Below, piece after piece: positions 12,946 through 25,730 of a DNA stretch of 64,000 nucleotides. The stretch is from the human T2T-CHM13v2.0 reference genome, Homo sapiens: assembly GCF_009914755.1 (NCBI RefSeq), contig NC_060935.1. One strand, written 5' to 3'. The translations under genes were made by a program, and so were the position numbers. The stretch's first letter is position 1; every line of letters starts with the position of its first letter. A model generated the notes under the pieces. The model did no database searches. It was not told the DNA's origin and saw only the letters and a program-made list of their open reading frames with translations.

Positions 12946-13794
12946 TTGCTAGAGGACAGTGGGGGCTGGAAAAGGGGATGTCAGTTAATTAGATGACTGA
13001 ATCTCAATTGTTTACTCTTTAGACTGTAATCTGATTAAAGGAATTTTATTGTGTTTGTTGACCACATGAATACATTAAAGAATTATATAACGTAGCCTCA
13101 CTCTGCCTCATTTTGTTCCATTTTAACTTTGCAGGCCCTTTATATGTCTGGGAAAGAAAACACACACAGAAATGTTATATTGTTTGAAATAAAACAACTG
13201 TGGAAGTAAAATATTGACTTGTTTAAATTCCATAAAATGATAAAAATTATCACAAAGTGATAGCATTTTCCTTCAAAAAAGAAGTTAGCTTGGCTAACTT
13301 AGTGTTATATTCAGGTTTTGAAACAAAAACTCTTCAATTACTCAAACCATATCTTATATTTTATTTAGCAAACTTGCCCTTGTAAACCCATGCAGTTTTC
13401 TTTTGTATGCTTCAGGTGTAATATATATTAGCACTTTATATAAAACAAATTATTTTTGACAGTGGTAATTTCGAGGAAGCTTTCATAAATATGCCACACA
13501 AAAACATCTGGTATTACTCAAAGTCATAGTGGAAATATCTATTTTTATTATCACAGTAGATTGTCTCCATTACATATTTTGGAATGCATTCAATTTTGAT
13601 TTGTAAAAATTACTTTAGAAACAGTTAAATATCTTTCCTTCATCATAAGGAGAATATAAATTTTTAAAATGTGGATACTGAAAGTGAGAATTGGATTTTG
13701 GGGGGACATATCAGATTAACTGTATTTATCATTTCAAATTTTTGTTTTAAATAAAAATCATTACCCACGTTCATCTCATATATAACTGAACTCC

Positions 13795-14547
<753 letters not shown>

Positions 14548-14844
14548 TGAAATAGAGAGCAGCCTGGAATACCCAAGGTTGGCGCATCAAATGGAGGTGA
14601 GACCAGCCTGGATGTGGTGAGCCATGGTAAGATTTTACTATTCCATCCGCAACATTACAGCAAGCTTGACTTAAGAAAAAAAAGTCATATTTGCATTGAT
14701 AGATTAGAAAAAAGATTAGAAGTAAATGAGAGAAGAGTCCTTAAGAGGCTAATGTACAATAGTACCAATGAATACTCTAGAATTTAACTACCAGAAAAAA
14801 TCAGTGTATGAGATGTTCATATGTGACCCCTTCTAGACAACCTC

Positions 14845-15140
14845 TTTTTTTTTTTTTTTGAGACAGTGTCTTACTCTGTTATCCAGTGGAGTGCAGTGGC
14901 ACAATCACAGCTCACTGCAGCCTCTACCTCCTGCTCTCAAGCAACCCTCCAGCCTCAGCCTCTCGAGTAGCTAGAACTATAGGTGTGTGCCACCACACCT
15001 GGCAAATTTTTGTATATTTTTGTAGAGATGGAGTCTCCCTATGTTGCCCAGGCTGATCTTGTACTCCTGGGCTTAAGCAATCCTCCCTCTTAGGCCTCCC
15101 AAAGTCCTGCGATTACAGGCATGAGCCACCATGCCAAGCC
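14845..15140 (-). mobile_element. AluJ, full length
   Basis: T15 tail, then gagacagtgtcttactctg...cacagctcactgcagcctc...ctcctgggcttaagcaatcctc (J-type diagnostics). Confidence 0.93.
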
Positions 15141-15731
15141 CCTTCTTTTTATTAATCTCATCTCTAACCACAGTCTCAACTCCACAACCATACACTGTAT
15201 ACTTATTCTTCAATGAATGTCACATCTTTTCTTTCTCTGAGTTTTTACATAATGTTTATTCTTCTCAGAATGACACTCTCTTTTCTCTTCTTCTTTCTTT
15301 AAAACCTGCCTGAAAGCTTACCTCCTTAAGAAGACCTTGACCGCTTTCCCTAGGAAGAGCTCATTTTCCACCTCTCTGCTGGCTTCAACACCTTATAACA
15401 ACTAGATATGTAACATTTATCACATTGTACAGTGATTATTTGGGTTTTTTTTTTTTTGCCAACACATCAGAGGATTTCAAGCTATTGTTTTAAGCCATTC
15501 AAAATTATTCAATGAACATTTGTGGAAGCCCCAAATATAAACTATAAGTAAATGGTTTTTTCAACTGAGGCAGGGATAAGTGTTTTATTATCCCTCTAGA
15601 ATTTCCTCAGAGACGAATCCAAAATGATCCCAAGTTGGCATCATCTGCAGTCCAAAATGATACATTAATAAAATATACATCATGAATTCAGTACTGGTAG
15701 AAGTGAAATTACTTCCCAACACAGCCATTCT

Positions 15732-16209
15732 TTTTGTTTTATTTTTAATTTTTATTTTAAGTAAAAAAAAAAGTAAAAAGTTTTTTTTTTCTTTTTACTT
15801 TTATTCAGGGGAACATGTGCAGGTTTGTTATATAGGTAAATTGCACATCACAGGGGTTTGATATACATATTATTTCATCACCCAGTTAATAAGCACGGCA
15901 CTTGATTGGTAGCTTTTTGAACATCACCATCCTTCCACACTCCACCCTTGAGTAAGCCCTGGTGTCTATTGTTTCCTTCTTTGGGTCCATATGTACTCAG
16001 TGTTTAGCTCCCACTTATAAGTGGGCACATGTGGTATTTGGTTTTCCGTTTCTGTGCTAGTTCGCTGTAGGTAATGACCTCCAGTTGCATCCATGTTGCT
16101 GCAAAAGACATAATCTCATTCGTTTTTATGCATAGTATTTCATGGTGTATATGTATCACATTTTCACCATTGCTGGGCATTTAGGTTGATTCCATGTCTT
16201 TGCTACTGG
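15732..16209 (-). mobile_element. 5'-truncated L1PA13-16-like element with 15-bp TSD
   Basis: Reverse L1P 3'UTR (acatgtgcaggtttgtta...ggttgattccatgtctttgcta). TSD caacacagccattct (15717-15731) / caacacagctattct (16210-16224). Confidence 0.9.
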
Positions 16210-16809
16210 CAACACAGCTATTCTAAGATGCTAGAAAGCCGTCATCTATTAACTGTGGAGTTGTATAAATATGAGTCTAGCAACATCTCTGTACCCCACA
16301 AATTTCAGCACACAGGTGGAAGTCCCTGAATGATTTTTTTTGGAGCCATTGCTACTTGGCTTAAGATATAAGATAAGTTTACCCGATCCAACCAGTTCAG
16401 AAGGCACTGGAATACATAGGGCAACATAGAACATTGCTAATGTCCAAAAACTCTCTTCTTAGGAATTACCTCAAAAAGAGTTCTCCTCCCTCTTGGTCTC
16501 TCCAACATCTGAGTTACCATTGAGGAATTTGTTGAACTGAGAATTACAAAACTTATTTTCAATTATTTCCTATGTAAATCTTCATAGGCAATCAACATCT
16601 CACACATGTAGAGGCACTTAAAACTTCTTGTGTCATTATCGGCCTTTGGAGTATCAGCCAACATGACAACAGAAATAATCTCATCACACTATTCTGCTAA
16701 ACATACATAGCTTATCCCCTGGTATAGATTAAAGGAGAAACGCGTGCTGTTCATTTTCAGCAGGGTACACTTGAATAGCTTATTTTATATAGAGTAGTAA
16801 CATTGCTGG

Positions 16810-17860
16810 TGCCTTCTAGGTCCTTACAATAAATATAGGTGCCAATCATATATGCCAGGCAAGGACCAAAACTGACATGGAGCTTACATTGTATTGTATC
16901 TGATTGACAATAATTTGAAAAATAAATATATAATATATTATGGGTGATAAGTGGTCCAAGAAGAAAAGAAATAAAGCACAAGAAGAGTATAAGGAGTAAT
17001 ACAGGGAGAGGGTTACTCTTTAAATTGAGTGATCAGGTAAAACCACTCTGAAAATATATTTGAGCAAAAGCTTGAACAAAGCAAGGGAGAAAATCAGGAA
17101 GGAACCTTGAGAAGAAACCTTCCCTGCAGAAAAAAAAAAAAAACGAACACCTATCAAGTCGATCCCCTTCATTTCTCTTCTCGCCATCCTCACTGTCACT
17201 CTTATTTCATACCATCATCGTTTCTTGCCGCCTTGCTGCAATTGCCTCCAACATGTTCTCTTTGCCTCTGGTCTTTTTATTCTCCAATACAACCTCCACA
17301 GTGATTCTAAATTGAATCCATGTGATTCTAAATTGAAAACATATAGTATCACATAACCCCTAACTTAAAACTTTCAGTATCTTCCAATAATCTACTGATA
17401 GAGTCCAAACTCATCACACAAGATGCATAACCTTTCATTATCAGACTACAGGCCATCTAATTAGCTTCTCCTTTTTATCCTAGTGTGCACTAAACTACTT
17501 GCTTTCCTTAAAATGCTCCATGTACATGCTTTCCTCTCTGCTTGAAATATCCTTCATTCTAATTAGCCGTTAAGACTCACCTCTCACTGCCTCTTCTGGG
17601 TCTTTATTAGTTCCTCTTACCTACCCGACCAAGCTAGTCACACTCTACTGTATGCACTCATAGTACCCTGAATACAGCAACTTTTTAAATGTACTACTGA
17701 GGTTGTATTTGATGCTTTTCTCTCATTACATTATTTACCTCCTTGGATATAGAAACTTTCATATATATATATATGTATGTATTTATATGTATATCTTTAT
17801 ATCTCCAGGATCTACCTCAGTGCTCGCCACATTATGTGTCCTAAATAACTAACTGATAAG
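16810..17860. mobile_element. L2 fragments in both orientations, with a short (TA)n at ~17760
   Basis: ggagcttacattgta...atttgagcaaaagcttgaac (one orientation) and taaaacttttcagtatcttcc...gagtccaaactc...tatatctccaggatctacctcagtgctcgccacatta (the other). Confidence 0.55.
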
Positions 17861-19161
17861 AAATGGGAAAAAATGAAATATTAATGTGATAAAATGCCCG
17901 AGGGACTGAAACTCAGAAGAATCAGATTAACCTAACTTACAGCATAAATTTGGATAAGTTTCTTTCACTTCCAAGCTTTGGTTTTCTCGTTTTTAAAATC
18001 ATGCCTCTTAACTAGATACTCTCAAAGGGCGATTCAGCTCTGAAAGTTTCCAAACATTTCTGTTTGAAATTGAATAGTGTTAATGTTGTTCTACTTTTTC
18101 AGCAAAGCCCCAAAGCAGACAAAGTCCTCCAGCCACCTGAGAAAGTCAATTATCTTCCAATCAGTAAACAATATATTTCTTAATCACTGGCAGAAGCATT
18201 TCCAATCTTTTATAAATAGAAATCCTTTGGTAACATAAACAAAATTGACTGAACCTGGAGATTGAGCTTTCGGAAAAAATGAGCAAATCTCTCATCTCCT
18301 TTGGAAGATGAGCATGATTTTGAAATGTTTCATCTGAAGTCAGCTTGTACATGAAAATCTCACTTTAAATGTTAATGGTACTCTTGCTTGGAGTCTTTCT
18401 GCTTAATCTCTGAAGTCATCTGCTAAGGTCAAAAGTATTTAGCAAAATAAGTATTTTTAACAGAATTTGTACTTTTCTAATGATATTTGGAAAAAAGTTT
18501 TCTTGCTTATGGAATATTCATTATTGGCAATTTGGGGTGCATTTGCAAGCCACGAAAGTCCTCCACTGATTATAGGCTTTCTCCAATTTGTTATAGTGCG
18601 TTCTGGAAGCAACTCAATTTGGTCAAACTGGAGCCAAGGTGTGGTGGTCTTATACTGGAAACACACATGGCAGCCAAGTATCATGTTATGCTGCAACATG
18701 GCTGAGTAGGAGAGATCATGTGAGACATTTGGAATACAGGAATATATTTTTTCAACTACTGTTCAGTCAACGTCAATATATAAGAAAAGCTGACATTAAG
18801 AGACTATGAATATGACAGCCCTGTGAATTCTACAACTATAATTACATGTGTTTGTGGGACAGAATCAACGGAGTCTCAGGGTAAAGTCATTGATGACGAG
18901 TGGCAGAAATTCAGCTTGCAGTGAATGTAATTTCAATCTCTTCTTGCTAAACGTAAGCCTTTGTCATCAGAATGTCTGAAACTGACATATAGAAAGAGTT
19001 CATGTTATATCTAATACAAAAGCAAAATTGGTTATATCCCACATTCTTTCTAAATGGTGGCTTTACAAAATAAGCTGAAGTCACAAAGATTCCAATGATT
19101 TCAATTTACTTCTGCAAAATTTGTGTTAAAAGTAGAATAGATTTAGAGATAAACACCACTG

Positions 19162-19169
19162 TCTCTCTC

Positions 19170-19244
<75 letters not shown>
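19162..19244. repeat. Compound microsatellite (TC)~20(CA)21
   Basis: Read directly from the sequence. Confidence 0.98.
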
Positions 19245-19249
<5 letters not shown>

Positions 19250-20201
19250 GCTTAGTACTTGACAAGTTTGTTTTTCTGGAATGTACAGCTTGTACTGGCA
19301 CAAGGTACTAATTTGGCAGAAAGTTAAAGAAGTTGTTTGGTGAGCAGTTTAAACTATAAAAATCCTATGTAATTAAAAGCAATGAATGACTATTAGGAGA
19401 GTTTCTTGCAGTGGTTAAGAATCAGTGTATGAATTGAGAGAGAAAGCAATGCTCTATTTTCCTCCCTTCACAGTTCTAACAAACTCAGTCCTTCAAATAT
19501 GCCTTTGATTTAAGAAAAAAAAATGTTTCTTAACTCATGAAATAGCCATCACATTCCAAAAACCTACCAGCAGAACTTTGTGCTTTGACACTTAGGTGAA
19601 AGAGAGAGAAAAAATGTGAAAATCACTATTTATTGTTTAACATAAGAGAAGACAGAAACTGCAATGCCACACAAATTTTATTGCTATCAAATCAAATCAC
19701 AGAAGTCTATAAGATTGATTCAGTTTCATCAGAAAAAATTGTTGTCTCAAGTTCTGTATTCCCTGTTCAAGAAAGCAAAGGTGCAGAGAATACATTTTTG
19801 GACACTAATATTTGTTTACATTTTTCAGTCTGGGACTTGAAATGAGCAGTTTCAATTATGAAAATAATTCATTTACAAAGAAGAATGGCTTTCATAAAGG
19901 TGCCTAACCTTAAAAAGACTGCTGTACATTTCTAAAGAAGCTTAATGCACTGACATACTGGATCTGTAAAGTGATACACATTTCATTTCCAAGAGACTAT
20001 TAGGCACCTCTACCCAAATAAATACCTATAATTTCTCCCTTTTCTTTCCATAATGACTTTGCCAAGGCCATGTGAGACAATTCCTATGTTTAAGTGTGTT
20101 AGCACGGAAGTAGCCACTGTAACAGCACAAACCTCCTAATGAATCCAATTTGTTAAGGTTCTCTGTTAGTGTAGATGATAAGCATAAAAAGAGAAATGTA
20201 A

Positions 20202-20634
<433 letters not shown>

Positions 20635-21801
20635 TACTTTCATATTTCTAGGAAGGGAAAACTTGTCATATCTTTAATGTTTCCATTCAACTTTGGTGAC
20701 AATGATATACAATGATATGAATAGAAGATCCTTCTGTTGGAACACCTAGAATTCACCTCTGTGCTTTGGCTCTTAAGGAGTGTGTGAGTTTTACCCTATC
20801 TCCCTTTCTGAATACAATATGACCTTGCCCAATATCACAACATTCACATAGGAAGTGAGAATCTTCTCCTGAATCTTGTGTACTCTACAGGAGGGGTTTC
20901 AAATCTGTCAGTAAAGAGCTATGGGTGGCTCTCCAAGCTTTATGGAATTGCTCATTGCATAGTTTGGCTCTCTAAAAGAAGCAGAAGAGACCTTGTGTAT
21001 AGGTTGAAGGTTCCTGGAAGCCACAACCTGCTGTTCTGTGATGGGGAAATGGGAGAAATTAGTTAACCCCTCTGGCCTCTTTCTACTTTTTCCTCCTTAC
21101 CAAGTGCTCACTCTACCTTTGTAACCTTCTTGTCCCTTCTCTTATTTCTTGCCTTCTCCCTCTACTGTTTTTCTCTTGTTCTTTCTCTACCATCTTCTTC
21201 CTTTACCTATATCTCTTTCATCTACCTCTTTCTTCTCTACTTTTTTGGTATTTATTTTTCTTCCACTCTTTTTTCAGTTTTGCCAGTAGCCCTTTAATGT
21301 CAGGCACTGTTCTATGCAATGCAAAAATATTAAATTAAATTTTAAAAATTTGCAGATTTGCACTCAAGGAGGTCACAATCTCTTGCCGAAAATGAGAAAG
21401 CATGAAACACGTTTTCACCAGTTACAGCACACCAGTGTACTACATTCAAGTTTAAGACTGCACTTACTCATAAATATCACTTAAATAAAATTTTGACAGA
21501 TAATGCCTTTCTCATAATATTTAAAATTAGAAGTGACACTTCATAGATAACTTATTCCTGGTCTGTACTATTATCAACAAATTAGTTTGCCTGACATCAT
21601 GGAATATTTGACAGGCATATTGACAAGCAAAACAGCATTGTGTATGGGTGTCTCTGGGGCATTTTCCCAGAAAGTCTTCGCTATCAACCAACCTGACTCT
21701 GAGTGTGAAGATTCTCATAGCACCCTGTGTATTTCCATCGTACAGTATGTATGGACTTGGGAGTGCAATAAACACTTTATTTCCAATAAATGAATTTAAT
21801 C

Positions 21802-22218
21802 TGCTCTGGTTTGAATATCTGTCCCCTCCAAAACTCATGGGGAAATTGAATCTCCAATGTGCCGGTATTGAGAGGCGGAGGCTTTAAGAGGTGATGAGAT
21901 CATGAGGGCTTTGCATCCATGAATAGATTAATTGATTCATGGTTTAAGAGATTAATGGTTTATCATGGGAATGGGACTGTTGGCTTTATAAGAAGAGGAA
22001 GAGAGAGTTGAGCTAGCACACTCATCCCTCTCCATGTGATTCCCTGTGCCACTGCAGGGCTCTGCACAGAGTCCCCATCAGCAAGAAGGCTCCCACCAGA
22101 TGTATCCTGTCTACCTTGAACTGCCCAGACTCCTGAACTCTAAGAAATAAATTTTGTTACTTAGAAATTACCCAGTTTTAGGCATTCTTTTATAAGCTAC
22201 AGAAAACAGTCTAAGACA
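21802..22218 (+). mobile_element. MSTC-like solo LTR (MaLR)
   Basis: tgctctggtttgaatatctgtcccctccaaaactcatg...gagtccccatcagcaagaaggc...cagtctaagaca. Approximate 5-bp TSD taatc/taatt. Confidence 0.85.
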
Positions 22219-22369
22219 TAATTTAATTTACCCATAACCACCCCCACATCCTGTTATCAATATCCATTGTCAATATGTTGCAACCATATCCCACAAGGTT
22301 GTGAAATGCTTTCTCTATTCTTTGGGGCATCCTCCTCCTCCCAGGGTATCTAGGGTCCTGGATATTACA

Positions 22370-22770
22370 TGTCTTAGGAGTTGAATTTTCTTTCTACCCA
22401 AATTCACATGTTGAAACCCTAACCCCCAATATCTCAGAAAATGTTTGTGTATGGAGATAGGACCTTTAAAGAGGTAATTAAGTTTAAATGAGGCTGTTAC
22501 AATGGAATTCAATCCAGCCTCACTGGTGTTCTTGTAAGAAGTGGAGATTCAAACACAGACATGCATATGCACAAAGGAAAAGCCATGTGAAGGTGCAGGG
22601 AGAAGATGGCCATTTGAAGGCCAAGGAGAGAGGCCTCAGAGGAAAGCAGCCCTACCACAACCTTGATCTTGGACTTCCAGTCTCCAGAATTGTGAGAAAA
22701 TACATTTATGATGTTTAACCCATCTAGTCTGTGATATTTTGTATGGCAGTAGCACTGGCAAACTAATATA
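22370..22770 (+). mobile_element. MLT1B/C-like solo LTR (MaLR)
   Basis: aaattcacatgttgaaaccctaacccccaat...ggagataggacctttaaagaggtaattaag...ccttgatcttggacttccagtctccagaattgtgagaaaa...gcaaactaatata. Confidence 0.88.
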
Positions 22771-23279
22771 ACATGGATCTCAATGACATTCTTAATAAAC
22801 ATCCCATACACTAACTCTACACTCATACATTAACTAACTCATCTCATGCACTAACTGCCCATTCCATACACTAATATCTCAGGATCTACTTCACGGGGAA
22901 TCCAAGTTGAGACAAGATTATTTGACTTTTCCTCAGGCCCAGACTTCTAGATGTATGCCTGCTTCCTGAACAGAGAGAAGACTGTAAGTTGAAGTTGAGA
23001 ACCAGACCCAATAACATATTAGAGCTCAAGCACCATCACTTTTAAAACTAAAAGCCTAACCTAATGGAAAGAATACCCTGCAACTGTAGAATCTTGGGGT
23101 CTTAGGGTGCTTGCTAGCAAAGCAGTGTCTTAGGGTGCCTGCTAGCAAAGCAGTGGCAGTGTCCACCATTTCATCAACCAGGAAATGGTGGCCATCAACC
23201 AGAAACTCTTGTGCTTAGTTGAGTAACTTAATGTAACAATACTAATGACCATCCAGGTTCCAGACCTAGATGGTCATTA

Positions 23280-23426
23280 CATCCCCTGAGAAGTTTTCTT
23301 AAAAATACAGGCTCCTGGGCTCTACTCTAGACCAACTGAATCAAAATTCTCTAAAGGTAAGGCCCAGAAATATAATTTTTAAATCTTCCCAGAGCATTCT
23401 AATCATAATGGGTTTAGGAACCAGTG
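23280..23426. mobile_element. MER5-family MITE
   Basis: ttaaaaatacaggctcctgggc...agaccaactgaatcaaaattctct...ttttaaatcttcccagagcattcta...ggtttaggaaccagtg. Confidence 0.75.
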
Positions 23427-23599
23427 GCATAGAATATACGTAAGATATACATGTGGACTCCCAGTGGTAATGGGAGGACACCTGGCAGGTGATAAGGCAA
23501 GAGGATTCAATTGTCAACAGAATGGTGGTCATATTTGCATTTAGAGACTAGTGAGGCCTCAGGAGAAGGCACATATGTTGTAAGTAAAACCTGTTTTGA

Positions 23600-23830
23600 T
23601 GTGGGATTCAGCTAAAACCAGATTCGGTTTCAGCTCATCTACTTACTGGCCGTGTGTCCCTGGGAAACACATGCAAATTCTTATTGTCTCAGTTTCTGCA
23701 CCTGTGAAATAATGATACAAGCACCTCACTTTAGGAGGTCGCTGTGGAAATTACATTGAACTTCCTGTCCCTCGCCCCTCCCATTCCTTTCACAACGTCT
23801 GGCACCCCAGTAGAAACTCCATTAACATTT
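23600..23830 (+). mobile_element. MIR
   Basis: cagctcatctacttactggccgtgtgtccctggg...tctcagtttctgcacctgtgaaataatgata. Confidence 0.7.
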
Positions 23831-24059
23831 AGAAAAGGAGATGTAAAAAGTAAAGATCAGTAACAAGTACAATATCTCTTCTCCAATTTCTATAAGAATT
23901 TTTTTTCTAATTTCTGTAAGAAGAATATTTGGAAGGTAGTGGCCCACTTAGAACAATTTAAACACTTTCATTTTTCAGAGTTTTTATTTAGGCCAAAATT
24001 GGTTTAAGGACAGAAGATAATTCTCTAGTGACAGGACATTTTTTAATACTGAGAGTAGT

Positions 24060-24930
24060 TCACTATGTGGGTCATTGGCTCTGCTTACAGCAAAATAGTT
24101 GTAAGGAGTTGGATGAAAATATGTAAGGGAGGCTGATCAAATCTGCAAATGACAGGATCAGGAAGGGAGAGCTACTGCGTAACTTATCACGAGAGCCTCC
24201 AAAAGACCTTGACTAATTATCCTGGTAGGTCAAAGTGAATAAGATGCAATGAAACTGGCGTAAGAGTAAAGCCCAGTGCTGGGATCCTGCACAGTATTTT
24301 AGCAAATAAAAAATAGAAGGGACTTAATAAATAGTTCCTGTAAAAGTCTCCTAAGAGTTTTAACTCACTAGGAAGAACAGAATTTTCTCACATCTATTTT
24401 GTGCTTCCATAGAATATCATACCTATCATAGACTACAATAGCATGTAGAATATTTTGCTGCATCATTCTTTGAGAATCTGTCTCCTTTTTAGTATATGTG
24501 TAATATAAAAATGAGATTATGTCTTGTTTTTCTTTAAATATCCAATATTAATATCAGATCTGGCACAGAGTGTATTCTCAGTAAAGATTTGTTCTATGAG
24601 TTGAAATATGTGTGAATGTAAGAATAATGGTATACATCAACGGGATAAGGTCCTCAAAATCAAGGTATGAAAGAAACGGTTGCCTAAGTAGGGATGGAGA
24701 GAAGGAGTATGTATTTATTAACCAATATTTATGATGTTAACTTCCAAAGATTGACTTTGCCTGCATAACAATTCTACAAGGGCAGTGTGATAATGTAGCA
24801 TTTTCTGAGGTATGATCCTCACTTAGAAAGGACTCTGAAGAAAAGAAATACTCAGGGTAAGAGGATGGTTTCTTTCTTCAAAATTGGTCAGTAATTTCTT
24901 AACACTCTAGCACTCTGAGATTCACAGTAT
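24060..24930 (+). mobile_element. L3/CR1 LINE RT-domain fossil (about 24060-24300, probably continuing 24610-24930), interrupted by an L2 3' fragment
   Basis: Manual translation from 24103 gives KELDENM*GRLIKSANDR, and later DLD*LSW*VKVNKMQ*NWRKSK. These match the CR1 RT motifs NDLDE..LIKFADDTKL and DLDRL..W...NKMKFN..KCK. Confidence 0.75.
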
Positions 24931-25298
24931 ACTGTATTATGTTAAAGGCTCTGAGAAGTTCTACTACAAATAAACCTTGTTTGTCCTAATTTTCAACCCT
25001 GTTACTGATGAATTAATTTAATCATGGAATCAATTTTGTGTGTGAGAGATACCTATTATCCTCCCAAGGAAAGCACTGGGGCAATGCTATGGGGTAGAAG
25101 CTCTGAACTAGGAGTCAAGAACTCTAGGTTCTTGTGGTGACTCATCATTACTGACCTCATGTCCTTGGACATTAAAGCCATAGTTTCCCTATCTCTGAAA
25201 TGAGTTGCTAATGCTAGATTTCCTTTCATCTTTATCACTGTCATGCCTTATGATCCATGAAACTGGGAGCATGCTCTAACAGTATTTGTAACTATGGT

Positions 25299-25730
25299 AG
25301 TATGGTAGACATTGCTGCATCTCGCCAATACCCAGACCTTCTTTCCTTCCTCTGTATATGGGAGACTATGCTTCCCAGCATTTTGGAGACTGGGGGAGTC
25401 ATGTGTCTTGTTCTGACAATAATATACGGCTAATAATAATGGAATGGGATGCGGCACTTCCAGGCTGAGTCAGCGAAAAGCACTGCATGATTTTCCATTC
25501 TTTCTCCCCAGTGTTCCAGCAATCATGGAGAAAGCCTCACATTGAGATGGTGGAGCCACAAGACCGAGGTGGTATGGATTGCTGAATCACTGCCCTGGCA
25601 GCTGCCCTGGAGAGTTGTCTGGATTTCCAGCGATTTTTGTGTTAGTGAGAAATAACTTGAGGTGTTAAATCATTGGGATTTGGGGGTTGTTTGTTACCAC
25701 AGCATTAGTCTAGCCTCTCCTGACTAATAA
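25299..25730 (+). mobile_element. MLT1 (I/J-like) solo LTR
   Basis: ggagactatgcttcccagc...gagtcatgtgtcttgttctgacaat...tgagatggtggagccacaaga...ttgggggttgtttgttaccacagcattagtctagcctctcctgactaata. Confidence 0.8.

Noticed and set aside
18457-18709. Three overlapping ORFs on both strands
   Set aside because: They are short (72-80 aa), have no recognisable domain or splice context, and fit a chance stop-poor patch. A tblastx or PhyloCSF check would settle it.
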